Shown here: in pieces, positions 1-15,000 of the stretch
How positions within the stretch are numbered: position 1 is the first letter of the stretch
Layout: each line of letters starts with the position of its first letter
Source: Eledone cirrhosa
Lineage: Eukaryota
Assembly: GCA_964016885.1 (NCBI GenBank)
Contig: OZ024741.1
Coordinates: 400,768,001-400,832,000, forward strand
Reading direction: 5' to 3'
DNA: 64,000 bases
Notes under the pieces: model-generated
The model's database searches: none
What the model saw: the letters and a program-made list of their open reading frames with translations, nothing else
What the model was told of the DNA's origin: nothing
Position numbers and translations under genes: made by a program

Positions 1-3000
1 ATATGACCAGCTAGTGAACTTGACAGTTTTAAGGTGCAAGATATGACCAGGTATTGAAGTTGACAGTTTTAGTGTGAGAGATATGAACAGCTACTGAACT
101 TGACAGTTTTAAGGTGCAAGATATGACCAGGTATTGAAGTTGACCGTTTTAGGGTGAAAGATATGACCAGCTATTACAGTTGACAGTTTTATTGTGAAAG
201 ATATGACCAGCTATTGAAATTGACAGTTTTAGGGTGCAGGATATGACCAGCTATTGAAGTTGACAATTTTAGGGTGCAAGATATGACCAGCTCTTGAAGT
301 TGACAGTTTTAGGGTGCAAAATATGACAAGCTATTGATGTTGACAGTTTTAGGGTGAACGATATGACCAGCTATTTCAGTTGACAATTTTAGGGTGAAAG
401 ATATGACCAGCTATTGAAGTTCACAGTTTTAGTCTGAAAAATATGACCTGCTATTGACGTTGACAGTTTTAGTGTGAAAGATATGACCGGCTATTGAAGT
501 TGATAGTTTTAGGGTGCAAGATATGACGAGCTATTGAAGTTGAAAGTTTTAGGGTGCAAGATATGACCAGCTATTGAAGTTTACACTTTTAGGGTTTACA
601 CTTTTAGGGTCAACTATTACAGTTGACATTTTTATTGTGAAAGATATTACCAACAATTGAAGTTAACAGGTTTAGGGTGCAAGATATGACCAGCTATTTA
701 AGTTGACAGTTTTAGGGTGCAAGATATGACCAGCTATTGAAGTTGACAGTTTTAGGGTGCAAGATATGACTAGCTATTGAAGTTGACACTTTAACGGAGA
801 AAGATATGACCAGCTATTACAGTTGACAGTTTTATCGTGAAAGATATGACCAACTATTGAAATTGACAGTTTTAGGGTGCAAGATATGACCAGCTATTGA
901 AGTTGCCAGTTTTAGGGTGCAAAATATGACAAGCTGTTACAGTTGACAGTTTAAGGGTGAAAGATATGACCAGCTATTGAAGTTGACAATTTTAGGGTGC
1001 AAGATATGACCAGCTCTTGAAGTTGGCAGTTTTAGGGTGCAAAATATGACAAGCTATTGATGTTGACAGGTTTAGGGTGAAAGATATGACCAGCTATTTC
1101 AGTTGACAGTTTTAGGGTGAAAGATATGACCAGCTATTGAAGTTCACAGTTTTAGTGTGAAAAATATGACCAGCTATTGACGTTGAAAGTTTTAGGGTGC
1201 AAGATATGACCAGCTATTGAAGTTGACAGTTTTAGTGTGAAAGATATGACCGGCTATTGAAGTTGATAGTTTTAGGGTGCAAGATATGACGAGCTATTGA
1301 AGTTGAAAATGTTAGGGTGCAAGATATGACCAGCTATTGAAGTTTACACTTTTAGGGTGAAATATATGACCAGCTATTACAGTTGACATTTTTATTGTGA
1401 AAGATATGACCAGCTATTGAAGTTGACAGTTTTAGGGTGCAAGATATGACCAGCTATTGAAGTTGACAGTTTTAGGGTGCAAAATATGACAAGCTATTAC
1501 AGTTGACAGTTTTAGGGTGAAAGATATGACCAGCTATTGAAATTCACAGTTTTAGGGTGAAAGATATGACAAACTATTGAAGTTGACAGTTTTAGTGTGA
1601 AAAATATGACCAGCTATTGACGTTCACAGTTTTAGGTTGCAATATATGACGAGCTATTGAAGTTGAAAGTTTTAGGATGCAAGATATGACCAGTTATTGA
1701 AGTTGACAGTTTTAAGGTGAAAAATATGACCAGCCATTACAGTTGACAGTTTTAGGGTGAAAGATATGACCAGCTATTGAAGTTGACAGTTTTAGGGTGC
1801 AAGATGTGACCAGCTATTGAAGTTGACAGTTTTATGGTGCAAGATATGACCAGCTATTGAAGTTGACTATTTTAGTGTGAAAGATATGACCAGCTATTGA
1901 AGTTGACAGTTTTAAGGTGCAAGATATGACCAGGTATTGAAGTTGACAGTTTTAGGGTGCAGGATATGACCATCCGTTGAAGTTGACTGTTTTAGTGTGA
2001 AAGGTATGACAAGCTATTGAACTTGACAGTTTTAAGGTGCAAGCTTTGACCAGGTATTGAAATTGACCGTTTTAGGGTGCAAGATGTGACCAGCTATTTA
2101 AGTTGACAGTTTTAGGGTGCAAGATATGACCAGCTATTGAATTTGACACTTTTAGGATGAAAGATATGACCAGCTATTACAGTTGACAGTTTTAGGTTGA
2201 AAGATATGACCAGCTATTGAAGTTGACAGTTTTAGGCTGCAAGATATGACCAGCTATTGAAGTTGACAGTTTTAGGGTGCAAAATATGACAAGCTATTAC
2301 AATTTACACTTTTAGGATGAAAGATATGACCAGCTATTACAGTTGACAATTTTAAGATGCAAGATATTACCAGGTATTTAAGTTGACCGTTTTAGAGTGC
2401 AAGATATGACCAGCTATTGAAGTTGACCGTTTTAGGGTGCAACATGTGACCAGCTATTGAAGTTGACAGTTTTAGGGTGCAAGATATGACCAGCTATTGA
2501 AGTTGACTATTTTAGTGTGAAAGATATGACCAGCTATTGAACTTGACAGTTTTAAGGTGCAAGATATGACCAGGTATTGAAGTTGACAGTTTTAGGGTGC
2601 AAGATATGACCAGCTATTGAAGTTGACTGTTTTAGTGTGAGAGATATGACCAGCTACTGAACTTGACAGTTTTAAGGTGCAAGATATGACCAGGTATTGA
2701 AGTTGACCGTTTTAGGGTACAAGATATGACCAGCTATTACAGTTGACAGTTTTATTGTGAAAGATATGACCAGCTATTGAAATTAACAGTTTTAGGGTGC
2801 AGGATATGACCAGCTATTGAAGTTGACAATTTTAGAGTGCAAGATATGACCAGCTCTTGAAGTTGACAGTTTTAGGGTGCAAAATATGACAAGCTATTGA
2901 TGTTGACAGTTTTAGGGTGAACGATATGACCAGCTATTTCAGTTGACAATTTTAGGGTGAAAGATATGACCAGCTATTGAAGTTCACAGTTTTAGTCTGA

Positions 3001-6000
3001 AAAATATGACCAGCTATTGACGTTGACAGTTTTAGCGTGAAAGATATGACCGGCTATTGAAGTTGATAGTTTTAGGGTGCAAGATATGACGAGCTATTGA
3101 AGTTGAAAGTTTTAGGGTGCAAGATATGACCAGCTATTGAAGTTGACAGTTTTAGTGTGAAAAATATGACCAGCTATTGACGTTCACAGTTTTAGATTGC
3201 AAGATATGACGAGCTATTGAAGTTGAAAGTTTTAGGATGCAAGATATGACCAGCTATTGAAGTTGACAGTTTTAAGGTGAAAAATATGACCAGCCATTAC
3301 AGTTGACAGTTTTAGGGTGAAAGATATGACCAGCTATTGAAGTTGACAGTTTTAGGGTGCAAGATGTGACCAGCTATTGAAGTTGACAGTTTTAGGGTGC
3401 AAGATATGACCAGCTATTGAAGTTGACTATTTTAGTGTGAAGGATATGACCAGCTATTGAAGTTGACAATTTTAAGGTGCAAGATATGACCAGGTATTGA
3501 AGTTGACAGTTTTAGGGTGCAGGATATGACCAGCCATTGAAGTTGACTGTTTTAGTGTGAAAGATATGACAAGCTATTGAACTTGACAGTTTTAAGGTGC
3601 AAGCTTTGACCAGGTATTGAAATTGACCGTTTTAGGGTGCAAGATGTGACCAGCTGTTTAAGTTGACAGTTTTAGTGTGCAAGATATGACTAGCTATTGA
3701 AGTTGACACTTTTAGAGAGAAAGATATGACCAGCTATTACAGTTGACAGTTTTAGGTTGAAAGATATGACCAGCTATTGAAGTTGACAGTTTTAGGGTGC
3801 AAGATATGACCAGCTATTGAAGTTGACAGTTTTAGGGTGCAAAATATGACAAGCTGTTACAGTTGACAGTTTTAGGGTGAAAGATATGACCAGCTATTGA
3901 AGTTGACAGTGTAAGGGTGAAAGATATGACACGTTATTGACGTTGACAGTTTTAGGGTGCACGATATGACCATCTATTGAAGTTGACAGTTTTAGGGTGC
4001 AAGATATGACCAGCTATTGAAGTTGACAGTTTTAGGGGGAAAGTTATGACCAGCTATTGAATTTGATAGTTTTAGGGTGCAAGATATGACCAGCTATTGA
4101 AGTTGACAGTTTTAGGGTGCAAGATATGACCAGCTATTGAAGTTGACTGTTTTAGTGTGAAAGATATGACCAGCTATTGAACTTGACAGTTTTAAGGTAC
4201 AAGATATGACCAGGTATTGAATTTGACCGTTTTAGAGTGCAAGATATGACCTGCTATTGAAGTTGACCGTTGTAGGGTGCAAGATGTGACCAGCTATTGA
4301 AGTTGACAGTTTTAGGGTGCAAGATATGACAAGCTATTGAAGTTGACACTTTTAGGGTGAAAGATATGACCAGCTATTACAGTTGACAGTTTTAGGGTGA
4401 AAGATATGACCAGCTACTGAAGTTGATAATTTTAGGGTGCAAGATATGACGAGCTATTGAAGTTGAAAGTTTTAGGGTGCAAAATATGACAAGCTATTAC
4501 ATTTGACAGTTTTAGGGTGAAAGATATGACCAGCTATTGAAGTTGACAATTTTACCGTGAAAGATATGACCAGCTATTACAGTTGAGAGTTTTAGGGTGA
4601 AATATATGACCAGCTATTGAAGTTGACAGTTTTAGGGTGCAAGATATGACCAGCTATTGAAGTTGACAGTTTTAGGGTGCAAAATATGACAAACTATTAC
4701 AGTTGACAGTTTTAGGTTGAAAGATATGACCAGCTATTGAAGTTGACAGTTTTAGGGTGCAAGATATGACCAGCTATTGAAGTTGACAGTTTTAGGGTGC
4801 AAAATATGACTAGGTATTGAAGTTGACAGTTTTAGGGTGCAAGATATGATCAGCCATTGAAGTTGACAGTTTTAGGTTGAAATATATGACAAGCTATTTC
4901 AGTTGACAGTTTTAGGGTGAAAGATATGACCAGCTATTGAAGTTGATAATTTTAGGGTGAAAGATATGACCAGCTATTGAAGTTGAAAGTTTTAGGGTGC
5001 AAAATATGACAAGCTATTACATTTGACAGTTTTAGGGTGAAAGATATGACCAGCTATTGAAGTTGACAATTTTACTGTGAAAGATATGACCAGCTATTAC
5101 AGTTGACAGTTTTAGGGTGAAATATATGACCAGCTATTGAAGTTGACCGTTTTAGTGTGCAAGATATGACCAGCTATTGAAGTTGACAGTTTTAGGGTGC
5201 AAAATATGACAAGCTATTACAGTTGACAGTTTTAGGTTGAAAGATATGAACAGCTATTGAAGTTGACAGTTTTAGGGTGCAAGATGTGACCAGCTATTGA
5301 AGTTGACAGTTTTAGGGTGCAAAATATGACAAGCTATTGAAGTTGACAGTTTTAGGTTGAAATATATGACCAGCTATTTCAGTTGACAGTTTTAGGGTGA
5401 AAGATATGACCAGCTATTGAAGTTGACAGTTTGAGTGTGCAAAATATGACCAGCTATTGACGTTCACAGTTTTAGGTTGCAAGATATGACGAGCTATTGA
5501 AGTTGAAAGTTTTAGGATGCAAGATATGACCAGCTATTGAAGTTGACAGTTTTAGGGTGAAAAATATGACCAGCCATTACAGTTGACAGTTTTAGGGTGA
5601 AAGATATGACCAGCTATATAAGTTGACAGTTTTAGGGTGCAAGATATGACCAGCTATTGAAGTTGACAGTTTTAGGGTGCAAGATATGACCAGCTATTGA
5701 AGTTGACTGTTTTAGCGTGAAAGATATGACCAGCTATTGAACTTGACAGTTTTAAGATGCAAGATATGACCAGTTATTGAAGTTGACCGTTTTAGAGTGC
5801 AAGATATGACCAGCTATTGGAGTTGACCGTTTGAGGGTGCAAAATATGACAAGCTATTGATGTTGACACTTTTAGGGTAGAATATATGACCAGCTATTGA
5901 AGTTGACAGTTTTAGTGTGAAAAATATGACCAGCTATTGACGTTGACAGTTTTAGGGTGCAAGATATATCCAGCTATTGAAGTTGACAGTTTTAGTGTGA

Positions 6001-9000
6001 AAGATATGACCAGCTATTGAAGTTCATAGTTTTAGGGTGCAAGATATGACGAGCTATTGAGGTTGAAAGTTTTAGGGTGCAAGATATGACCAGCTATTTA
6101 AGTTGACAGTTTTAGGGTGCATGATATGACCAGCTATTGAAGTTGACAGTTTTAGGGTGCAAAATATGACAAGCTATTGAAGTTGACAGTTTTAGGGTGA
6201 AAGATATGACCAGCTATTGAATTTGACAGTTTTAGGGTACAAAATATGACAAGCTATTGAAGTTGACAGTTTTAGGGTGAAAGATATGACCAGCTATTTC
6301 AGTTGACAGATTTAGGGTGAAAGATATGACGAGCTATTGAAGTTGAAAGTTTTAGGATGCAAGATATGACCATCTATTGAAGTTGACAGTTTTAGGGTGA
6401 AAAATATGACCAGCCATTACAGCTGACAGTTTTAGGGTGAAAGATATGACCAGCTATTGAAGTTGACACTTTTAGTGTGAAAAATATGACCAGCTATTGA
6501 CGTTCACAGTTTTAGGTTGCAAGATATGACCAGCTATTGAAGTTGACAGTTTTAGGGTGCAAGATATGACCAGCTATTGAAGTTGACAATTTTAGGGTGC
6601 AATATATGACAAGCTATTACAGTTGACAGTTTTTGTGTGAAAGATATGACCAGCTATTGAACTTGACAGTTTTAAGGTGCAAGATATGACCAGTTATTGA
6701 AGTTGACCGTTTTAGAATTCAAGATATGGCCAGCTATTGAAGTTGACCGTTTTAGGGTGCAAGATGTGACCAGCTATTGAAGTTGACAGTTTTAGGGTGC
6801 AAGATATGACCCGCTATTGAAGTTGACAGTTTTAGGGTGCAAGATATGACCAGCTATTGATGTTGACACATTTAGCATGAAAGATATGACCAACTATTAC
6901 AGTTGACAGTTTTAGGGTGAAAGATATGACTAGCTATTGAAGTTGACAGTTTTAGGGTGCAAGATATGACCAGCTATTGAAGTTGACAGTTTTAGGGTGC
7001 AAAATATGACAAGCTATTGAAGTTGACAGTTTTAGGGTGAAAGGTATGACCAGCTATTGAAGTTGACAGTTTTAGGGTGAAAAATATGATCAACTATTAC
7101 AGTTGACAGTTTTAGGGTGAAAGATATGACCAGCTATTGACGTTGAATGTTTTTGAGTGCAAGATATGACCAGCTATTGAAGTTGACAGTTTTAGTGAGA
7201 AAGATATGACCAGCTATTGAAGTTGACAGTTTTAGGGTGCAAGATATGACCAGCTATTGAACTTGACAGTTTTAGTGTGAAAGATATGACCTGCTATTTA
7301 GGTTGACAGATTTAGGCTGCAAGATATGACCAGCTATTGAAGTTGACATTTTTAGTGTGCAAGATATGACCAGCTATTGAAGTTGACAGTGTTAGGGTGA
7401 AAGATATGACACGTTATTGACGTTGATAGTTTTAGGGTGCACGATATGACCATCTATTGAATTTGACAGTTTTAGGGTGCAAGATATGACCAGCTATTGA
7501 GGTTGACAGTTTTAGGGTGAAAGTTATGACCAGCTATTGAATTTCATAGTTTTAGGGTGCAAGATATGACCAGCTATTGAAGTTGACAGTTTTAGTGTGA
7601 AAGATATAACCAGCTATTGAAGTTGACAGATTTAGTGTGAAAGATATGACCTGCTATTGAAGTTGAACGTTTTAGGGTGCAAGATGTGACTAGCTATTGA
7701 AGTTGACACTTTTAGGGTGAAAGATATGACCATCTATTACAGTTGACAGTTTTAGGGTGAAAGATATGACCAGCTATTGAAGTTGACAGTTTTAGGGTGC
7801 AAGATATGACTAGCTATTGAAGTTGACAGTTTTAGGGTGCAAAATATGACAAGCTGTTACAGTTGACAGTTTTAGGGTGAAAGATATGACCAGCTATTGA
7901 AGTTGACAGTTATAGGGTGCAAGATATGACCAGCTATTGACGTTCACAGTTTTAGGTTGCAAGATATGACCAGCTATTTCAGTTGACAGTTTTAGGGTGA
8001 AAGATATGACCGGCTATTGTAGTTGACAGTTTTAGTGTGAAAGATATGACCAGCTATTGATGTTGATAATTTTAGGGTGCAAGATATGACGAGCTATTGA
8101 AGTTGAAAGTTTTAGGGTGCAAAATATGACAAGCTATTACATTTGACAGTTTTAGGGTGAAAGATATGTCCAGCTATTGAAGTTGACAATTTTAGGGTGA
8201 AAAATATGACCAGCCATTACAGCTGACAGTTTTAGGGTGAAAGATATGACCAGCTATTGAAGTTGACACTTTTAGTGTGAAAAATATGACCAGCTATTGA
8301 CGTTCACAGTTTTAGGTTGCAAGATATGACCAGCTATTGAAGTTGACAGTTTTAGGGTGCAAGATATGACCAGCTATTGAAGTTGACAATTTTAGGGTGC
8401 AATATATGACAAGCTATTACAGTTGACAGTTTTTGTGTGAAAGATATGACCAGCTATTGAACTTGACAGTTTTAAGGTGCAAGATATGACCAGTTATTGA
8501 AGTTGACCGTTTTAGAATTCAAGATATAACCAGCTATTGAAGTTGACCGTTTTAGGGTGCAAGATGTGACCAGCTATTGAAGTTGACAGTTTTAGGGTGC
8601 AAGATATGACCAGCTATTGAGGTTGACAGTTTTAGGGTGAAAGTTATGACCAGCTATTGAATTTGATAGTTTTAGGGTGCAAGATATGACCAGCTATTGA
8701 AGTTGACAGTTTTAGTGTGAAAGATATAACCAGCTATTGAAGTTGACAGATTTAGTGTGAAAGATATGACCTGCTATTGAAGTTGAACGTTTTAGGGTGC
8801 AAGATGTGACTAGCTATTGAAGTTGACACTTTTAGGGTGAAAGATATGACCATCTATTACAGTTGACAGTTTTAGGGTGAAAGATATGACCAGCTATTGA
8901 AGTTGACAGTTTTAGGGTGCAAGATATGACTAGCTATTGAAGTTGACAGTTTTAGGGTGCAAAATATGACAGGCTGTTACAGTTGACAGTTTTAGGGTGA

Positions 9001-12000
9001 AAGATATGACCAGCTATTGAAGTTGACAGTTATAGGGTGCAAGATATGACCAGCTATTGACGTTCACAGTTTTAGGTTGCAAGATATGACCAGCTATTTC
9101 AGTTGACAGTTTTAGGGTGAAAGATATGACCGGCTATTGTAGTTGACAGTTTTAGTGTGAAAGATATGACCAGCTATTGATGTTGATAATTTTAGGGTGC
9201 AAGATATGACGAGCTATTGAAGTTGAAAGTTTTAGGGTGCAAAATATGACAAGCTATTACATTTGACAGTTTTAGGGTGAAAGATATGTCCAGCTATTGA
9301 AGTTGACCGTTTTAGGGTGCAAGATGTGACCAGCTATTGAAGTTGACAGTTTTAGGGTGCAAGATATGACCCGCTATTGAAGTTGACAGTTTTAGGGTGC
9401 AAGATATGACCAGCTATTGATGTTGACACATTTAGCATGAAAGATATGACCAACTATTACAGTTGACAGTTTTAGGGTGAAAGATATGACTAGCTATTGA
9501 AGTTGACAGTTTTAGGGTGCAAGATATGACCAGCTATTGAAGTTGACAGTTTTAGGGTGCAAAATATGACAAGCTATTGAAGTTGACAGTTTTAGGGTGA
9601 AAGGTATGACCAGCTATTGAAGTTGACAGTTTTAGGGTGAAAAATATGATCAACTATTACAGTTGACAGTTTTAGGGTGAAAGATATGACCAGCTATTGA
9701 CGTTGAATGTTTTTGAGTGTAAGATATGACCAGCTATTGAAGTTGACAGTTTTAGTGAGAAAGATATGACCAGCTATTGAAGTTGACAATTTTAGGGTGC
9801 AGGATATGACCAGCTATTGAACTTGACAGTTTTAGTGTGAAAGATATGACCTGCTATTTAGGTTGACAGTTTTAGGCTGCAAGATATGACCATCTATTGA
9901 AGTTGACATTTTTAGTGTGCAAGATATGACCAGCTCTTGAAGTTGACTGTGTTAGGGTGAAAGATATGACACGTTATTGACGTTGATAGTTTTAGGGTGC
10001 ACGATATGACCATCTATTGAAGTTGACAGTTTTAGGGTGCAAGATATGACCAGCTATTGAGGTTGACAGTTTTAGGGTGAAAGTTATGACCAGCTATTGA
10101 ATTTGATAGTTTTAGGGTGCAAGATATGACCAGCTATTGAAGTTGACAGTTTTAGTGTGAAAGATATAACCAGCTATTGAAGTTGACAGATTTAGTGTGA
10201 AAGATATGACCTGCTATTGAAGTTGAACGTTTTAGGGTGCAAGATGTGACTAGCTATTGAAGTTGACACTTTTAGGGTGAAAGATATGACCATCTATTAC
10301 AGTTGACAGTTTTAGGGTGAAAGATATGACCAGCTATTGAAGTTGACAGTTTCAGGGTGCAAGATATGACTAGCTATTGAAGTTGACAGTTTTAGGGTGC
10401 AAAATATGACAAGCTGTTACAGTTGACAGTTTTAGGGTGAAAGATATGACCAGCTATTGAAGTTGACAGTTATAGGGTGCAAGATATGACCAGCTATTGA
10501 CGTTCACAGTTTTAGGTTGCAAGATATGACCAGCTATTTCAGTTGACAGTTTTAGGGTGAAAGATATGACCGGCTATTGTAGTTGACAGTTTTAGTGTGA
10601 AAGATATGACCAGCTATTGATGTTGATAATTTTAGGGTGCAAGATATGACGAGCTATTGAAGTTGAAAGTTTTAGGGTGCAAAATATGACAAGCTATTAC
10701 ATTTGACAGTTTTAGGGTGAAAGATATGTCCAGCTATTGAAGTTGACAATTTTAGGGTGAAAAATATGACCAGCCATTACAGCTGACAGTTTTAGGGTGA
10801 AAGATATGACCAGCTATTGAAGTTGACACTTTTAGTGTGAAATATATGACCAGCTATTGACGTTCACAGTTTTAGGTTGCAAGATATGACCAGCTATTGA
10901 AGTTGACAGTTTTAGGGTGCAAGATATGACCAGCTATTGAAGTTGACAATTTTAGGGTGCAATATATGACAAGCTATTACAGTTGACAGTTTTTGTGTGA
11001 AAGATATGACCAGCTATTGAACTTGACAGTTTTAAGGTGCAAGATATGACCAGTTATTGAAGTTGACCGTTTTAGAATTCAAGATATAACCAGCTATTGA
11101 AGTTGACCGTTTTAGGGTGCAAGATGTGACCAGCTATTGAAGTTGACAGTTTTAGGGTGCAAGATATGACCAGCTATTGAGGTTGACAGTTTTAGGGTGA
11201 AAGTTATGACCAGCTATTGAATTTGATAGTTTTAGGGTGCAAGATATGACCAGCTATTGAAGTTGACAGTTTTAGTGTGAAAGATATAACCAGCTATTGA
11301 AGTTGACAGATTTAGTGTGAAAGATATGACCTGCTATTGAAGTTGAACGTTTTAGGGTGCAAGATGTGACTAGCTATTGAAGTTGACACTTTTAGGGTGA
11401 AAGATATGACCATCTATTACAGTTGACAGTTTTAGGGTGAAAGATATGACCAGCTATTGAAGTTGACAGTTTTAGGGTGCAAGATATGACTAGCTATTGA
11501 AGTTGACAGTTTTAGGGTGCAAAATATGACAAGCTGTTACAGTTGACAGTTTTAGGGTGAAATATATGACCAGCTATTGAAGTTGACAGTTATAGGGTGC
11601 AAGATATGACCAGCTATTGACGTTCTCAGTTTTAGGTTGCAAGATATGACCAGCTATTTCAGTTGACAGTTTTAGGGTGAAAGATATGACCGGCTATTGT
11701 AGTTGACAGTTTTAGTGTGAAAGATATGACCAGCTATTGATGTTGATAATTTTAGGGTGCAAGATATGACGAGCTATTGAAGTTGAAAGTTTTAGGGTGC
11801 AAAATATGACAAGCTATTACATTTGACAGTTTTAGGGTGAAAGATATTTCCAGCTATTGAAGTTGACAATTTTAGGGTGAAAAATATGACCAGCCATTAC
11901 AGCTGACAGTTTTAGGGTGAAAGATATGACCAGCTATTGAAGTTGACACTTTTAGTGTGAAAAATATGACCAGCTATTGACGTTCACAGTTTTAGGTTGC

Positions 12001-15000
12001 AAGATATGACCAGCTATTGAAGTTGACAGTTTTAGGGTGCAAGATATGACCAGCTATTGAAGTTGACAATTTTAGGGTGCAATATATGACAAGCTATTAC
12101 AGTTGACAGTTTTTGTGTGAAAGATATGACCAGCTATTGAACTTGACAGTTTTAAGGTGCAAGATATGACCAGTTATTGAAGTTGACCGTTTTAGAATTC
12201 AAGTTATGACCAGCTATTGAAGTTGACCGTTTTAGGGTGCAAGATGTGACCAGCTATTGAAGTTGACAGTTTTAGGGTGCAAGATATGACCCGCTATTGA
12301 AGTTGACAGTTTTAGGGTGCAAGATATGACCAGCTATTGATGTTGACACATTTAGCATGAAAGATATGACCAACTATTACAGTTGAAAGTTTTAGGGTGA
12401 AAGATATGACTAGCTATTGAAGTTGACAGTTTTAGGGTGCAAGATATGACCAGCTATTGAAGTTGACAGTTTTAGGGTGCAAAATATGACAAGCTATTGA
12501 AGTTGACAGTTTTAGGGTGAAAGGTATGACCAGCTATTGAAGTTGACAGTTTTAGGGTGAAAAATATGATCAACTATTACAGTTGACAGTTTTAGGGTGA
12601 AAGATATGACCAGCTATTGAAGTTGACAGTTTTTGGTTGCAAGATGTGATCAGCTATTGAAGCTGACAGTTTTAGGGTGAAAATATGACCAGCTATTGAC
12701 GTTGAATGTTTTTGAGTGCAAGATATGACCAGCTATTGAAGTTGACAGTTTTAGTGAGAAAGATATGACCAGCTATTGAAGTTGACAGTTTTAGGGTGCA
12801 AGATATGACCAGCTATTGAACTTGACAGTTTTAGTGTGAAAGATATGACCTGCTATTTAGGTTGACAGTTTTAGGCTGCAAGATATGACCAGCTATTGAA
12901 GTTGACATTTTTAGTGTGCAAGATATGACCAGCTATTGAAGTTGACAGTGTTAGGGTGAAAGATATGACACGTTATTGACGTTGATAGTTTTAGGGTGCA
13001 CGATATGACCATCTATTGAAGTTGACAGTTTTAGGGTGCAAGATATGACCAGCTATTGAAGTTGACAGTTTTAGGGTGAAAGTTATGACCAGCTATTGAA
13101 TTTGATAGTTTTAGGGTGCAAGATATGACCAGCTATTGAAGTTGACAGTTTTAGTGTGAAAGATATAACCAGCTATTGAAGTTGACAGATTTAGTGTGAA
13201 AGATATGACCTGCTATTGATGTTGAACGTTTTAGGGTGCAAGATGTGACTAGCTATTGAAGTTGACACTTTTAGGGTGAAAGATATGACCATCTATTACA
13301 GTTGACAGTTTTAGGGTGAAAGATATGACCAGCTATTGAAGTTGACAGTTTCAGGGTGCAAGATATGACTAGCTATTGAAGTTGACAGTTTTAGGGTGCA
13401 AAATATGACAAGCTGTTACAGTTGACAGTTTTAGGGTGAAAGATATGACCAGCTATTGAAGTTGACAGTTATAGGGTGCAAGATATGACCAGCTATTGAC
13501 GTTCACAGTTTTAGGTTGCAAGATATGACCAGCTATTTCAGTTGACAGTTTTAGGGTGAAAGATATGACCGGCTATTGTAGTTGACAGTTTTAGTGTGAA
13601 AGATATGACCAGCTATTGATGTTGATAATTTTAGGGTGCAAGATATGACGAGCTATTGAAGTTGAAAGTTTTAGGGTGCAAAATATGACAAGCTATTACA
13701 TTTGACAGTTTTAGGGTGAAAGATATGTCCAGCTATTGAAGTTGACAATTTTAGGGTGAAAAATATGACCAGCCATTACAGCTGACAGTTTTAGGGTGAA
13801 AGATATGACCAGCTATTGAAGTTGACACTTTTAGTGTGAAAAATATGACCAGCTATTGACGTTCACAGTTTTAGGTTGCAAGATATGACCAGCTATTGAA
13901 GTTGACAGTTTTAGGGTGCAAGATATGACCAGCTATTGAAGTTGACAATTTTAGGGTGCAATATATGACAAGCTATTACAGTTGACAGTTTTTGTGTGAA
14001 AGATATGACCAGCTATTGAACTTGACAGTTTTAAGGTGCAAGATATGACCAGTTATTGAAGTTGACCGTTTTAGAATTCAAGATATAACCAGCTATTGAA
14101 GTTGACCGTTTTAGGGTGCAAGATGTGACCAGCTATTGAAGTTGACAGTTTTAGGGTGCAAGATATGACCAGCTATTGAGGTTGACAGTTTTAGGGTGAA
14201 AGTTATGACCAGCTATTGAATTTGATAGTTTTAGGGTGCAAGATATGACCAGCTATTGAAGTTGACAGTTTTAGTGTGAAAGATATAACCAGCTATTGAA
14301 GTTGACAGATTTAGTGTGAAAGATATGACCTGCTATTGAAGTTGAACGTTTTAGGGTGCAAGATGTGACTAGCTATTGAAGTTGACACTTTTAGGGTGAA
14401 AGATATGACCATCTATTACAGTTGACAGTTTTAGGGTGAAAGATATGACCAGCTATTGAAGTTGACAGTTTTAGGGTGCAAGATATGACTAGCTATTGAA
14501 GTTGACAGTTTTAGGGTGCAAAATATGACAAGCTGTTACAGTTGACAGTTTTAGGGTGAAAGATAGGACCAGCTATTGAAGTTGACAGTTATAGGGTGCA
14601 AGATATGACCAGCTATTGACGTTCTCAGTTTTAGGTTGCAAGATATGACCAGCTATTTCAGTTGACAGTTTTAGGGTGAAAGATATGACCGGCTATTGTA
14701 GTTGACAGTTTTAGTGTGAAAGATATGACCAGCTATTGATGTTGATAATTTTAGGGTGCAAGATATGACGAGCTATTGAAGTTGAAAGTTTTAGGGTGCA
14801 AAATATGACAAGCTATTACATTTGACAGTTTTAGGGTGAAAGATATTTCCAGCTATTGAAGTTGACAATTTTAGGGTGAAAAATATGACCAGCCATTACA
14901 GCTGACAGTTTTAGGGTGAAAGATATGACCAGCTATTGAAGTTGACACTTTTAGTGTGAAAAATATGACCAGCCATTGACGTTCACAGTTTTAGGTTGCA